DNA from: Chrysomallon squamiferum
Taxonomy: Eukaryota > Animalia > Mollusca
Assembly (NCBI GenBank): GCA_012295275.1
Contig: CM022668.1
Location: 5,394,001-5,458,000 of the forward strand
Direction: 5' to 3'
Length of the DNA stretch: 64,000 nucleotides
Under the pieces are notes generated by a model. It was not told where the DNA came from, did no database searches, and saw nothing but the letters and a program-made list of their open reading frames with translations. The position numbers and the translations under genes are program-made. The stretch's first letter is position 1, and every line of letters starts with the position of its first letter. Below, in pieces: positions 1 through 14,312 of the stretch.

Positions 1-15
1 GTATATATATTTCAG

Positions 16-175
16 AGAGGACATCCACGATTTGCTGCTGTTAGTAAATAACAAAGTATGTAAAAGAAATGTCATAATGATGAAGCAGTCCCCAGCACTG
101 TTCAGTATGTTGAGGAAGAAGCTGATATTCAAGCGAAGGATTTATTTATTTGCAAGTGATGTTTTCAAGAATTAA
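16..175 (+). CDS. casp8: Terminal exon of caspase-8-like paralogue A (rest of gene is upstream of the window)
   Basis: ttcag acceptor at 11-15. Phase-2 reading gives EDIHDLLLLVNNKVCKRNVIMMKQSPALFSMLRKKLIFKRRIYLFASDVFKN* (TAA 173-175), homologous to the last exons at 36832-36964 and 57962-58094 (KQSP...LRKKLIF caspase C-terminal motif). Confidence 0.88.
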
Positions 176-2208
176 CCATATATTATTGCAGGTAAATTAT
201 TGGAAAACTCTCACACTTCCTATCTATCTGTGCTAACATCAATGAGTGGTATGAACTGAAGTAATAATAATAATAATAATAATAACAAAAAAAACAACCC
301 CAAAACCTTAAAATTAAGTAAGTTCTATATACTTGAATGAAAGAGATATTTAGTTTGGTGCCATGTGTGAAAGAACCTCATTAGTGCCTCTTTTCCCACA
401 CTTGTTTTCAGTTGTAATTTTGTTTTCTAATGCCAGAAAATGGGGTTAAATACAAAAATAAATAAATAGCAGAGCGTATGCAGTCGTATATGGGCTATTT
501 AGAAGAAGTTCCGTTATTTAATAAACTAAGAAACTCCGGGATTTAACAAATTCAAAATTGGCATTAAAAGCTAAAAAGTAAATTCAGAAAGGCTATCTGC
601 AGAGTTGTAGATTGAACACCCAAGTGATGGGTGTATAAGTAGTGGCACGAGTTTTGAACGAGATCTCTTTGATCAGTGCCCTTTTTGAGAGTCTTTGTCT
701 GCACAAGACAAAGGAAAACGCAGTGGTAAATAAGTTTTAATGTTTAGTATGTGTAAAATACATATTGAATGATTTAAGATAGCTAAATCTATTACTGTTA
801 CATTTTTATAGCATTATTATGTGGTACGTACTTACTTTTATCATAAAAGGTTAACGTATTTTAATAATTAGAAAGAGTATTTAGAAAGATCAAGTAACCA
901 ACTGGTCTGAATTAGTTTTATATTATTTGTCAACTCTGTTTGTCAAATTTTAGGTAGTAATACCAGTCAGACTAGTCATTGTGATAGTTGGTGTTTCAAA
1001 CAATTATCCAAATGTTATTTCAGGATAAATTACTGAAAAACATACTACACGTCTGGGTAGTATCAATTGACTGTGTGTTGATGTAATAATGATTTATTTC
1101 TTATTTGTCCAAGTGAAAGACATTTTTTCATTTGTAGAATTATTTTTTATTTTAAATTTTGTTTATTTCGAAATGTTTTCCACAATTAACCCAACATTAT
1201 TTGAAGATAAATTATTGAAAAAATCTGACACATCCTGCTTATCTGTGATAACAACAGTGAGCTGTGTGTATTGACGTACATTTGCAAGCAATTGCTTTGT
1301 TTGTTTGTTAAGGAAGCTATAGAATAATAATAACTGATTTTGAAAATATAATGGGATAAATTTGTTAATTTGCTTAAAGAAATATAAGAAGTTGTTCTGA
1401 TTGAAAATAGCATCTAGTTCCATGATTATTTATTCACATGCATTGCTGTTTCAAAGATATGTATTAACAACAACCTTATATATAATATAAAATGCTTTTT
1501 CTCCTTAACTATAAATTAAATAATAACAAAAGATTATTTTTTTTTTTCAATATTATATTTTTCTCAGCTGTATACAAATTCGAAAGTAATTTTGCACATA
1601 CAAAAATTAAAATCAACAACAAACCTTATTACTCTAAAGACAAAAACTTTCAGTAACAAATGTTTAAGTACTTACCAACATAGAAATTTAAATGACTAGA
1701 AATTATATATTTTTCAAAATATAAAGTTCCAAACCATTTCTATAGCGTTCCACAAAGAATTTGCTTATGCAAGTTTGTAAATAAATGGTCGAGTTATTTA
1801 AAGATATTGAAACTGCCACATCTACTTTTGAGTGTGAGAGAATCCAGTTAAATATTATTACATCTACTATTATTAGCAGCAGTAGCATCATATGAATTTA
1901 TTTATTTACCTATTTCACAGAAATACATCGTATTCGGTTTCTGCTGACAACCGATGATTACAATACACAACCTTATTCCATAAATCTGTCAAATTATATT
2001 ATGCCCGTATTTTTCTTTTTAATTTATAGGTTGTTTTGGGGTTGTTGTTTTTTTCTACTTCCACCTCTCGAAAGCATGATGCCCCAATGTCGTATGGAGT
2101 ATTTTTATTTGATTGCATCTGAATCAATGAAGTTTCAATGAAAGGGTTTGGAAAGTGCCGATATAATAAAATAATTATCATTTTGAATGTTTTCAAGTTT
2201 CCTTCTTG

Positions 2209-2520
2209 TTAATATAACGTGCGGCTGTAGAAAACAGATACATAGCCGCTGTAATCACCAACCCAAAGCCTTCCGAGATCGTCTTCAGCAACGGCCTTTA
2301 GCCCATTCAAACCAATTCCATCACTGTTTCCTTCACAAACTGCCCTTTTTATGGGTTAGAACAAACATCGAGTTGTTTCCCTTATCCGCCATTACGAGAT
2401 TTCCCTTCTTGTCAAAGCAAATTCCGTCGGGACACGAAGAGCACCCCATCGGTAAGAAAACGCTGTTAATGTCAACAATAAACACACTCGATTCTTCCAT
2501 AATCTCAAATCTTCCACAAT
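2209..2520 (-). pseudogene. NHL-repeat (TRIM-NHL-like) C-terminal fragment, disrupted
   Basis: Minus-strand translation PDGICFDKKGNLVMADKGNNSMFVL...AVAEDDLGRLWVGDYSGYVSVFYSRTLY* matches the NHL blade pattern P.GI..D..GN..(V)AD..N. There are two in-frame stops (or two compensating frameshifts) between the blades. Confidence 0.7.
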
Positions 2521-2989
2521 CTCATATCTTCCACAGAATGGCGTGTACATTGCGTTGGCAGTGATGATAGAATGAATCAATAAATAAACAACAAGCTTGC
2601 AAGATATTCATAGAGTTTAATTCCATTTATTAATAGTCATCTTACGTTTTCAGCGAATTTTTTTTTATTTTTTTTAATTCACATGGAAATTAACATAGGC
2701 TGAAAAAAATATGTATATAATAAGGATTTTCATTAGAACAAGTGCCATGAAAATGGACATTATTATTTGCAGTTATTATTAATTAACTGTAGTTTAATTT
2801 ATTTTCGAAAATTTTTATTTAAATGTCATCACAAATAACAGTCTATTACCACATATTATACATTTAAGATATTCATTTTTCATCTTAGTAATGAAAAGTA
2901 TTCACATAGTGACATACTGATACAGTGAAATGATGTTTTCACTGACATTGAGAAGAAAAGAAAAAATAATTACTGCTAAATTTATCACG

Positions 2990-5900
2990 TACAAACAAAA
3001 AGCATTATTTAGAATGTGTTACGGATGCTAAGCCAGCAGACTTGTAGCCGGAAATGTCAGTGGGTACGGAAAAGACACAAGTGTGTTTCGTCAAATTGCT
3101 TGTGAATCTAGGAAAACAGTTAGAAGAGACAAAGGGTGTACCAAAAGTCTTCTGTTGTTAATGAAAGAAAAATCTTACACAAGTTTAATTTTTAAGAATC
3201 AGTTTGCAACCTAATTATATACTATATTGGTCAGAAGAGGGATTAAGATTGTATCACAATTTAGTAGAAAAAGTTGCTTTATATTGGGTGCTACAGGCAG
3301 CATTGTTCATAAAAATGAAGATGGTAAGCAGTTCTTATACTATGAATATGCTATAAAAAAGATAAGATGGGCATTACTGTTGCCACTATGATTAGTGAAA
3401 ATGAAGCATTGCCAACAATGTTAGATTGGAGTTGTAATTTCAGATATGCTGAAAAGAAAACATTTGGATAGAACAATATTTCCTGCCCTACACTGATCAC
3501 TGGTTTTTATCTTAGGAGGTCTTTTACATTTTAATAATGAAACACTGAATCAATTTTTACATTGATCATGGAAAATGATGAGTCAGCACTCTGAATTTTT
3601 TTAAATATGTTCACATATGCTCTAGTCATTTCATGAATAAGGTGAAAAAAATTTGCTGGAAAAAATGTAAGAAAAAAACCCAACAACTGCAGAATTTTTC
3701 TTAATATATTAAGTCTGGTGATGAATATTAATGACATGAAAGAAATAAGAGAACTGCTATTTGATATTTTTGTGGTTTTGTTCTCCAGTCATGTAAACTC
3801 CTAGACAGACCAATTCATTAAAGCAATTGTTTTGAAATACTGATATCAAAAGAATATTCTGATTTTGATGAATTTAATTTTGAAAAAGTAGACATAAAAA
3901 TATTGCAACCTGTTTACTACAGAATTTCTTAATTTAGCTGAAGACTCTTTGTTTAAGTCAATTTCTGAAGGTATCTTAGAAAATATTAACTAAACCTGAT
4001 TGCCATGTAAATTTGATGAAAATAGTAATGTTAATCCATGTTTTTCAGAAATATTTCTTCAATGTTTAAAACAAATATATTTTTGACAAATGTAAGACAG
4101 ACTGAAAAATCTGCATCAGAAATTCCCAGTAGTAAAAACTTTATTCATGAATAGATGAAAACAACTAGCACAATTGAAAATAGGTTTAGAATTCTGAAAT
4201 ATACTGGACTGCAAGGCAGAACCAAACACAGACTGGATGATTTTTCAGAAAAACTGCATAATCAGACTGTTTCATTGCAAAAATTGGCAGCTGTAGATTG
4301 CATGAAAAGTGAAAAAATATTTAAGATAAAGAAATGAATTGGTAAAAAAGTTAACACAACATTTGTGGGCCAGCTATAAAGAGCAAATTGATAATTTTAA
4401 CAAAAGAGGTAATTTTCAGCAACCACTCAAAACTAAAATAGAAACAAGACACAATACCAGTAAAACAAAGGACGAATCCAATCTGGTGCATGATCACTGC
4501 TACAAAAGTGTGCACTATGGCCATGAGAAAAATATGAAAAATGGTGACAAAGATATCACTGATTTAGGATTCATCTGGAGACCTATGAAGACTTTTGGCA
4601 ACACCTGCTGGTTTAATGCAATGATGGAAGCCCTAGCAGCAAGTGATTTAGCATGTTTAATTCTTTATGAAAATAAATGTGAGCCTGTAACTGTATATAT
4701 TCTGATAATAATGAAAAAATACCAGTTCAAATAGCAGAAGAAAGTGATAGAAATACCGAAAAATTTGAAAGATGAAAAGGAGATATCAGATATTTCACAG
4801 AAATGGCTCAAGGGAATATTATTTTACAGAACAAGTATATCTGCTACAGTGTAGCTCAACAACATCTAGAGAAAATAATTATGGGCATTTCATAATGCGT
4901 CACCTCGATGTAATGGGTTACAGTTCTGTGCAACTTGAAAAATTTATTAAATCAGAGAGAGTAGAAAAGGCATGGATGTGCTCACATAATAAATGTTTAT
5001 TAAACAAACACTTAGTTTCTTTCCCTTCAACTCTTATTTTCACAATTCAGAGATTTTTATTTGATAAATGTATGAGAAAGAATTCAAATTATGTTCAGAT
5101 TCCTCACAATTTGTTCATAAAATGTAATGATCAGAGTAAAAATGCAGAAAAAGCAGAAATTAAATATCAGCTGAAGAGTATTGTCTGTCATCATGGAGAT
5201 TCCTGTCACGGAGGTCGCTATACCACACTTATTGAACATCAGTTTGTTTCATGTGATGATAATTCTCTGTCTTTTTCAACTGACAACTTTAATCATACAT
5301 GCTACATGTTATTCTGTGATAGAGTAGACAAACATCTGCCATTATATACTAAATCTGTTATTAATGCATTGCGCAAAAGCAGTGGTTTTGAAGCTTTAAA
5401 AAGTAACAATATTTTTTCAAGTCCCAGGATAATTCAGTGTTTGCTATCTGATAAATACAACAAGGAAATAGAAAATGACATCAAAGTAAATATTTGACAT
5501 CAAACAGAAAAATATGAAAAACATTTCAATGTTATAGACCCATGTGAATGTTTATACTTGTATTTAAACCATATATTCAAGATCAATTTTTTAGGTACAC
5601 TGACTATTGCTGAGAACTTTGAAACATTTGAACTATTATTCATGCAAGCAATGTAATGAAAAGTATGTATGGTCTGACACTGTTTTCATTGTTCAAGTGG
5701 ATACATTTTCTACTCATATATCACTAAACATATCATGAAAGCAAATAACAATAATGAACATAAGTGTACGTGTTATGAAAACATAATGTGTTATGATTGT
5801 ATAACTGTAAATGCTGATTTCTCAAACCACATTCTTCAACATTATAGCTGCCTGAATAGCAGCCACATTACTGTAGTCATGTCTGTACTACAAAAACAAC

Positions 5901-6450
5901 TGAACAATCATCATATTCACATAGCAGATTGTGGTTGGTCTGAAGAGTTTGGTTCCAAAATGCTACAAATCCATTTTCTTTGTTTTGAGAAAAATGACTA
6001 TTTTTGCTTTGGAGAAATGATAGCAGCAAAAATATTTGTTTCTGTTTTAATCTTTACTTAATCATAACAGGCTAAACAATACAAATCCAGAACATTTTGG
6101 AGGGTTTTTAAATCAGTTAATTAATTGTTTTTCTTTCTAAAATGCTATATATATGTACATGCAACTGTTTTTTTTTCCAAAGTGCTTCACATCTATTATG
6201 TCATTAATGACCAGTGACTGGAAGATAGGGGCATGCAACATGCCAATAATTTCCTGTTCAGTCATGCATAACATAGCAGGAATTATCAAAACATCATATG
6301 TGAGATGTGATATTCTTTTTACATAGACCACATCCTCAATCAGACCACAGAATGATTTTCATCGAAGGATACAATATGAATGCATCCAGTTTGTAAATAT
6401 AAGAACTGTCTTCGTCCTGTTTGGATAAAAACAGTGCTTAACCGCGTGTG
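2990..6450 (+). mobile_element. Decayed DNA transposon, Mutator/MULE (NOF-FB-like) type, carrying protease domains; ends not defined
   Basis: Broken ORF pieces: LRLYHNLVEKVALYW/(D)ATGSIVHKNEDGKQFLYYEYAIK (about 3240-3360, DATG-type first catalytic Asp motif, frameshifted) and TTSTIENRFRILK...HRLDDF (4155-4337, resembles the T.N..E..F catalytic Glu region), followed by USP fragments. Intronless with many stops. No TIRs identified. Confidence 0.55.
4560..5330 (+). pseudogene. Ubiquitin-specific protease (peptidase C19) domain relic inside the transposon
   Basis: Cys box MKTFGNTCWFNAMMEALA (ORF 4339-4734). ORF 4772-5497 gives PSTLIFTIQRF, His box YQLKSIVCHHGDSCHGGRYTTLI...CDDNSL and CYMLF. The domain is split over two frames and the catalytic GHY reads GRY. 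Confidence 0.75.
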
Positions 6451-7044
6451 CAGATCATCTGCGAATAGCCCACTCAATCTGCATGGAGCATAGAAACCAC
6501 CTTGCTAAAGAGACCACCAATCAGAAAGCGATATATGACGACTTCTCTGTAAAATAAGAAGGACAGCTTGGACCTGTTCGACTTTGTTAAGATTTTCATA
6601 AAATATACTGAAATTCAAGGCAATATCCGCTACGACAGCTGATCTGCACGACAAAATATAATTTAATATGCATGCATGGCACAGACACCAGTCAAAGCAG
6701 TTTGCAAACGCCTGAATGGTGACGTTTCGTTACTTTTTCTCACGCATGTTCGTCTTTTGATGGTCTGTGTTTTCTCCCCACATTAGAAAGTGTCACTAAC
6801 TCATCGGCTCCGTCGACATGGTTCATTATTAATGGTTAATATGGCGCAAAATGACATGAAACGAAGTGCGATTTTGTTAGATCATGGGCGAAGCCATATT
6901 GGATGATGTAACGCGAATGTTGGCCAATGACTAATTGAGGAGATATATCGTTGTTTATGAAAACTATGTATAGCGCTTGTGGCATTATGGAACGAAGATC
7001 TATAATCTACTGCATATATCACTGGCGGATATCATGTTTTAGGG

Positions 7045-7722
7045 CAGTGGTTCTCAAACTTTTTTTGCCAACGGCACACCTTGGAACACATGAAAGAATA
7101 GCGGCACACCTGGCTAAATATATATATGAAAAATATTTGAATTATGTGAAGTAAAAACGTGGCAAGTCCTAGACGGCATACAATCGTAGACACAGACTAG
7201 TCATAGACACATAGAATGACTCAAACTAAATAAAGAAAAACATAGCTATACTTCACTGCAGTGTTTCGAATTTCATCAGTCAAATAGCTGGCTTCTTTAG
7301 AGAGAAATTTGTGCCTGACTTTTATTCATAATTTCCTCAATGTTTGGTTGAATATGAAACAGACACACCCTCATTTCTTCTTTCGTTGTATGTAATCTCA
7401 CGTGGTTCATGTTTTTGATGTTGTTTAACGTTGAGAAGCCTAATTCACATATATAAGAAGTTGAAAATTGGAACTGAAATCCAAAATGAATCAATGGGCA
7501 GAGTCGAATGTTTTAATTTTAACAATTTTCTTTTTGAGGGCAGCTAGCTTGTCTGTTGAAGTGAGAATATTTTCGTTTTTACCTTGCATACTACTGTTTG
7601 TTTTATTTTTGGACCACATGGTTTTTCGCATTTTCTTAGTGTGCCGTTCAAAATTTTGCGGCACACTTAGGAATATCTTGTGGCACACCAGTGTGCCGCG
7701 GCACACTGGTTGAGAATCACTG
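7045..7722 (-). mobile_element. Non-autonomous hAT (Buster/Charlie-like) element, 678 bp internal-deletion derivative
   Basis: TIRs CAGTGGTTCTCAA ... TTGAGAATCACTG and a perfect 8-bp TSD TTTTAGGG (7037-7044 and 7723-7730). Minus-strand transposase C-terminal relic FSTSYICELGFSTLNNIK...MRVCLFHIQPNIEEIMNKSQAQIS (hAT dimerisation domain). Confidence 0.93.
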
Positions 7723-10700
7723 TTTTAGGGAAAATGAATCTGGGACGTTGAACAGCCGTTAAATGCTGAATTTATTATCACATGAATCAGATTCCAGCTG
7801 GGAATTTCATTGTGACATGCATTACAATTTTTCAATTATTTAATTAATTTTTTTTCAAAATGTATTTTCTCATTATAAATGTATTATAAATTTGAAGATC
7901 TTTTTTTATGAGCCTATCAATTAAAGGCAGAACATGGAGCAAACCATTATTTAACACTTAAGTATCATGATAGCTATACAATAGCTAAATTTAATGTGTT
8001 GAAATAAACAGGTCTGTGGAATTAGGTAACAAAGGCATAATTTTACAATTTAACAAAACATTAATGTACCCATTGATTGGATTTATTGTTTTTCTGGAAG
8101 TTTATAATTATATGTATTTTAAATAATCTGAAATTAAGGGCATCTTGCATTATTCATTGTACATTTTTGTCTACTAAATTATTAATATATGATGTTTCCA
8201 TTTCCTAGAGCAATTCAAAATCCTTTGCATTTTATCTGAAATTATTTAAGGTCGATGAAGGATCTACCTGAAATAGTGACAACAAATAAACAAACACAAT
8301 GATTTTAATTATTTCATATATTGCATAACATGAAACATTTATAACTTTGTTACAATTACCCAAATTATTCTCTGCTTTGTTTCATAATTCTGTTCAAAAT
8401 GCATTGCATTACATGTTAAACTGAGTAAGCTAGGATGAGAATGACCAGAAATGATCAGTTATATTTTGGAATTGTTTTAATTTACAGCACTGGCAAGTTT
8501 TTTCTACAGTAACCCCAAATGATGAGCCATTTTTGTAATTTTAAAGTTTTATTTATTTATTTATTTGATTAGAGTTCTTTAAAATACACTTAATTTATTT
8601 AGTTTTTTAGTGTTATTTGTTTTTGCAGGAATTCTTTCTTCTGTTATTTAATTTAGTTTTTTTCTGAGTGGGCATTTTGGATATATTGTTTATGGTTCGT
8701 TTCTGGGAGATTTCAAGATCACATTTTGGCCAATGTAACCGCTTGAAGAAGCAAACATCTGTTGTGATGGAGTTTTGTGTTTTTCAGTTTCCAGATGTTC
8801 TTTAAAGAATGATAACACATGAATATATATTACATTGGTAATCAGATCCATTTTTAATGCTTGTGAATAGTGTATATTTCAGATTGTGACTGCTCAGTCG
8901 GTGTAAAAGATTAGCTGAAGATAATTATGAATTTCAGATGACCTCATTATTAATAAGAATGTCAGATCATTTCTGTATTTGAAAGGTTTATTGTAGGCCT
9001 TGTGTAATGTTTCTTCAGAATTCAATTCTAATATAATCTACATAATCTATGTTGTGAGTCTAACTGGAATGCACTCATACAAAAATGATCCTCCTGACTG
9101 TAATCACCAAAAATAGCAGTGATTTCATTACTTTATAATTTTATTATTGTGTTATTATATTTATATTCATCAAAGAACTGTTTAAAATAAAATATTTTAG
9201 ATTCTGACAGTTTAACCATAACTTTTGAGGGAACTTTCTTAATAATAATAATATTGAAAATTAGTTTATGCCCTGTTACACACAATAAAGAAAAACACAA
9301 CAACAAACAAACGCAACGGTTTGTCATGACAGAACTTGTTGTACTCGTATATTTATGATGCAATATTTTCCACATAAACACAAAGTTGTGACTTCACTGA
9401 TACCTTTACAGAAATAATTTTATATTCCATTTATTAAATATAAATTCTGTAAATTCAATGATTTAAACTATATATTCATGTGAAATTATGTCAAAATAAA
9501 TGGCTTCTCTGTTATTTTCATATCATTTTATAATCAAATTAGAATCTGAATTAATATATTAAAGTGTGCATTATGCATGAGCAAATAAACCAGATTTGAT
9601 ATGCTCGGGTGAAATTTACCTTGTGTGTCATGTTTGGTTCATACAATGAAACTTCATCGATGATCCTGATCATAGTTCGGTGACATCGCATACATTCTAA
9701 ATTACTGGGTGTCCAATTCTGAGGGGTTTGTGTACGAGAGACTTTACTTTGTTTGGTTACATTGGTAATCAGATCCACTGAGGAGGTTTGATCATGGGAA
9801 TAAAGTTCATCAGGTGATCTAAACTCCACTCCAGGATATCAAATACCATGTCTGTTTGCATACCTTAATATATTACAACATATCACTAAATGGAAATCTG
9901 ATTTTATTACAAAATGGCTCCTTTTTCAACTTCTTTTTTTCTTAATTTTTTTATTTATTTATTTTTTTTTTTTTTTTTTATTACAGAACTTGTATTTATA
10001 TACTTTTATTACAAATTGCTATTTAACAACACAAGTGGAGGCCAGACATTAATTGTTGGTTATTAATTATCACACTGATATTTGTAATTTGGAACAAAAT
10101 CATGAAAGGAAACTTGCTCAAATTTGATAGATGCTGTAATTAAATAAATTATTGAATGCACTGAATAAAGTATTTCATTATTATTATTATTATTATTAAA
10201 ATAATAATAAAAATAAAATGTGGAATTAAGTTAAATCTAGGTTGACATAACTATGATTGTCAGAAATGGCCTTTGAGGTTCAAGGTATTAAAGAAAAAGT
10301 AATACAAACAGTTTTTATTTACTTTATTATGAAGTGTTTCGATACGGGTGACAAAATGTATAGCGAAGCCTACATAATTGTAAATAGAAAAAAAATAACA
10401 TGATACAAACATTATATAATTTGTTAAAGTCTCAACAAATCAGAAACATAACAATTACTTTAATTTGTAGACCATATTTGAATTTTTCAGCTGACATAAC
10501 TAATTCTATTCAGGAAGCTGCAAAATTTATAAAAGACTGTGAAACAAATGTTTGTCCCTTGTTCTTGCAGAGGTCAGTTAAAAACAACAGCAACCACAAC
10601 ATTTAAATTACAAATTATCTTATTTATTTTTTATTTGTTTATTTATTTATTGTTTTTAACTATTGAATATTTCTTGCACATATTCTAGTAAATTTAGTTT

Positions 10701-13440
10701 CAGTTATTCAAATGAGCTGGTGAGAAATTTTCAACTAAAATTTGACAAAAACAAAATAATAATAATAATAATAATAATAATAACTGATGTGCTTGGATGT
10801 TTTAAGAGAAATAGAAATTAAAGTAAAGCAACGTAAAATGACGACAGTAAATATAGATTAGCAAAAATACCTTAGTTTTACAATTGTTTATTTTATTTTA
10901 TTTTATTTTATTTTTATTCCGTGTAAGTAAATTAATGCAAGAATTCAAAAGGAAAAACAATAGCAAATACTTGGATATAGAGTTATCTCCTACTTGTTCC
11001 CGTAACCAACCAATAACTCTAAACTAAAGATTTTAGAAATTCGCTGGCTTCACCTTAGCAATACAGTTGCCATACTTCTAAAACAAATTGCATTATATAT
11101 CTGAAATTTTATTTTTGCTATGGTTCTGAAACATATATTTTATTTTATAATAAAAGTGAATATTTAGAAGTTTTAACTGTTATTGAAACTGCGAACTATT
11201 TTTACAGCGCCTTTATTTCAGTTCCCGAGGACAGATATAAATAAAAATATGATAAAGGAAATGATATTTGTTCTTGCCAAGAATGCGGACTGGTAGGTAA
11301 ATGTGTGATGTAGTTTAATAGAATCAGTTATTGTCTTAAAACGAGGTGTTAATGCTATTAACATTGTAACATCTTTAGGTTGTTTCGATTTTAATAAGTC
11401 AGTCAGGGAATCGTTATTTCTGTCGTTTTTAATACTTAAGATAACATGGATCAATGATTTTGTTAAAATAGAAATAGGAAACTCATTGTTTGTATACATA
11501 GTAGTACATGTTTTAGAAGCTGAATGCTTCTTGTTTTAACGAAAAAGAGTGAATTTTTAATTTTTAATAAAATAATTTATAAGGCCGGTTGACGGACCTT
11601 TAATTTTTTGTAAAAATGTAAAACTGATTCAAGCGTTATAATGAGTGTATCAATGCAATCATTCAAATAACACGTGATCAGTTTGCTTTTTACATGTAAA
11701 TACTACCTTTAATGCATTGACAATGGAAATAAATAAATAAATAAATAAATAAATATATATCTATAAAAAAGAATTATAATGGTTTCCAGTATCGTTTTAC
11801 AACTTCGTACTCAGAACTGTCTGCTATGATGTTTTAGCAGAGTAACGTGTCCACGTTTATTTTCAGATTAGTGGGTTTTGAAAAATTTCTCCACATATCT
11901 AATCAAATTTAACAGAAATAATAAAATATTTAATTTGTATTTTTTTTTGGGGGGGGGCAACATAAATTTATGAATAAAACGGCAAAACATTAAATTAAAT
12001 AGGACTTTACGAGAATTGTTTAGTAACTGTAGTTATTTCCCTTATCTGAAGCAGACTGATAACACTGCTGACCCACCCGCAATAAATGATTGACAGCTAG
12101 TATTGACCAATGACTAACGAGCATGCATGTATCATCGTTTGTCGGCCATAAGACAAACAGGTAGATAACAATGAATCGTTTGTGTTAATGAACGCGTGCG
12201 GAAGCCTAACCACAGTCGTAGTAAAGAGATGTGTAACAGCGGCGATAGCTCTCCAGAACGAGTAGTTGTGTAAAATTCGTGTCTTTTCCAAAGCCAGAAT
12301 CAAATTTATAAAAGGCCTGAAATCTATTACTTTATACGGAAGTCCATAGGAACACGTAAGTCCATTTTATTAGTAACATAAATTATATAATATATGGGTA
12401 ATATAAGTTTCCCGTTTTGATATTTGAATGCACAGTCAATCTTTTGATATAAAACTTTTTCCACTTTACATACAAATCACTGTACAATAAAAACAATATA
12501 TATATGTTGTTGTTTTTTTCTCACATCAACTATATATATTGTCTGACTATATTTATAGGAAAAAATATAATTGTTTAATTTTAGACAAGAAACTGTACAG
12601 TGTTAAAATTACACATCAAATTTAACAGAAATAATAAAATATTTAATTTTTTTCAGGGGGGGGCAAATTAAATTTATGAATAAAAAGCTGTTAAAATTTA
12701 ATTAAAATAACCATTACCACTTCTTTGTTGGAAAACAAAAATTATAAAAAGAAAAAGAAAATTTTTGAATAATTCATACAGTATTAACATGTTTCATTGT
12801 TTGTCATTGTTTTCATTTATGGAAATTTTAAGTTTTTAAAATGTTCTGACATTTAAAACAAAAGTTAAAAGTGACCAGTAAGCCTTGAGATCTGTTAATT
12901 CACTTAATGAATGAGAAAAGTATATCAGTTATTAAACCCGTTGTGTATATTTACAATAAATATCTCATTAAAATAAGCAAACTGCACTTGACTTGTTGAA
13001 AATGATTAATGTACAAGGAAGAAAGATTATTACTTTATTTTTATTATTTTGAATTTGATCACCATGAATAAACACAATATAAAAAATATTAAAACTAGAT
13101 TAAATGAACAAACATTATTATTTTATCTGTTGGCTTTACTTTAAAGAAATAAAAACAAATCTACAAAATTTGATTTATATAACCAAATTAAAAAAAACAA
13201 TAAAAAAGTATAAAATGAAAAGAATTAAAATACCAATCACAATGAAAACAGTAACTGCTTTTCCCAAAGGCCTAATATAATTATTTCAACATTAAATTTC
13301 ATCATGGATAAACATTTATACAAGAATAAGGACTAAGAACAAGTAAATAAATAATATAAGGAATAAACAACCATCCAATTAACCAAACAAACAAATAACA
13401 TAAATAATAATAATAAAATATACAGAAAGAAAATACTCAC

Positions 13441-13492
13441 CAGCTTCGGTCATCAAAAGAAATAAAAACACAGGCAGAAACATGGCATCCAT
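13441..13492 (-). CDS. Signal-peptide first coding exon of an unidentified minus-strand gene (copy 1)
   Basis: tttattttag acceptor (exon 13499-13441), ATG at 13492, MDAMFLPVFLFLLMTEA-G, then a canonical phase-1 GTGAGT donor. Hydrophobic core with an Ala/Gly end. Confidence 0.6.
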
Positions 13493-14263
13493 CACTTTTC
13501 TAAAATAAAACAATAAAAACATATACTGGGGAGAGGAAAAAAATGAAAAAGTGTGTTGTATTATTACTATTATTATCATCATCATCATTATCATTATCGT
13601 TATCTTTGTTATTATTATCATTATTATTATTATTATTATCATGATGATGATGATCATCATCATCTAATGTTTAATAGTCCTCGTGGAACATTCTATAATG
13701 AGAAAAAAAAAAAAAAAAAAAAAGAACCCAGCTTACATAACAGTATTTTCTTTAAAAAGAAAAAATAAAGGAATAAATTAACATTTATTTTATCATTAGC
13801 GATTAATATTCAAATTATGACCTGCATATATTGTTTTATAAATATCATCGTTAAACATTAATGGCGGAACAACACGTTGTGAAATGTTCTCTTTATTGTC
13901 AAAACAAAGAAGAAAAAGCAAAAAACAAAAATATCTGAGGTATTAAAATTTATTTAAACTTGTTCCTCGGAGGTCGATAAAAATATGTTTTGCTCCAAAA
14001 TGCGGAAAACTATTAAAGAAACTGGAGAGAGATGTTCATAAAAACACGTAAACAGTTTTAGAAAGATTTTCCTGAACTGTCAAACGAGGTGATAAAAGTT
14101 GATTTGGTTTTATATGTTTTGTGCTTTGGTTTCGTCGTCTACTTCTTCTTTTTTAAAGAAAATATTGAGATTTAAACATGTTTTTTTTTTTTTTTTTTTT
14201 TTTAATTCTGTAGTTTTAATTTGTCCTAAGAGGAGGGTTCAAGTTTAGATGATAATGATGAAG

Positions 14264-14312
<49 letters not shown>

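Noticed and set aside
6400-7040. GC-richer stretch that might be an RNA gene or TE terminus
   Set aside because: No tRNA/rRNA/snRNA motif or matching inverted terminus could be identified by eye.
8700-9850. Minus-strand coding-like stretches and a 20-bp repeat (tacattggtaatcagatcca at about 8831 and 9757)
   Set aside because: No recognisable domain or consistent frame. Probably decayed TE or gene debris; needs tblastx.
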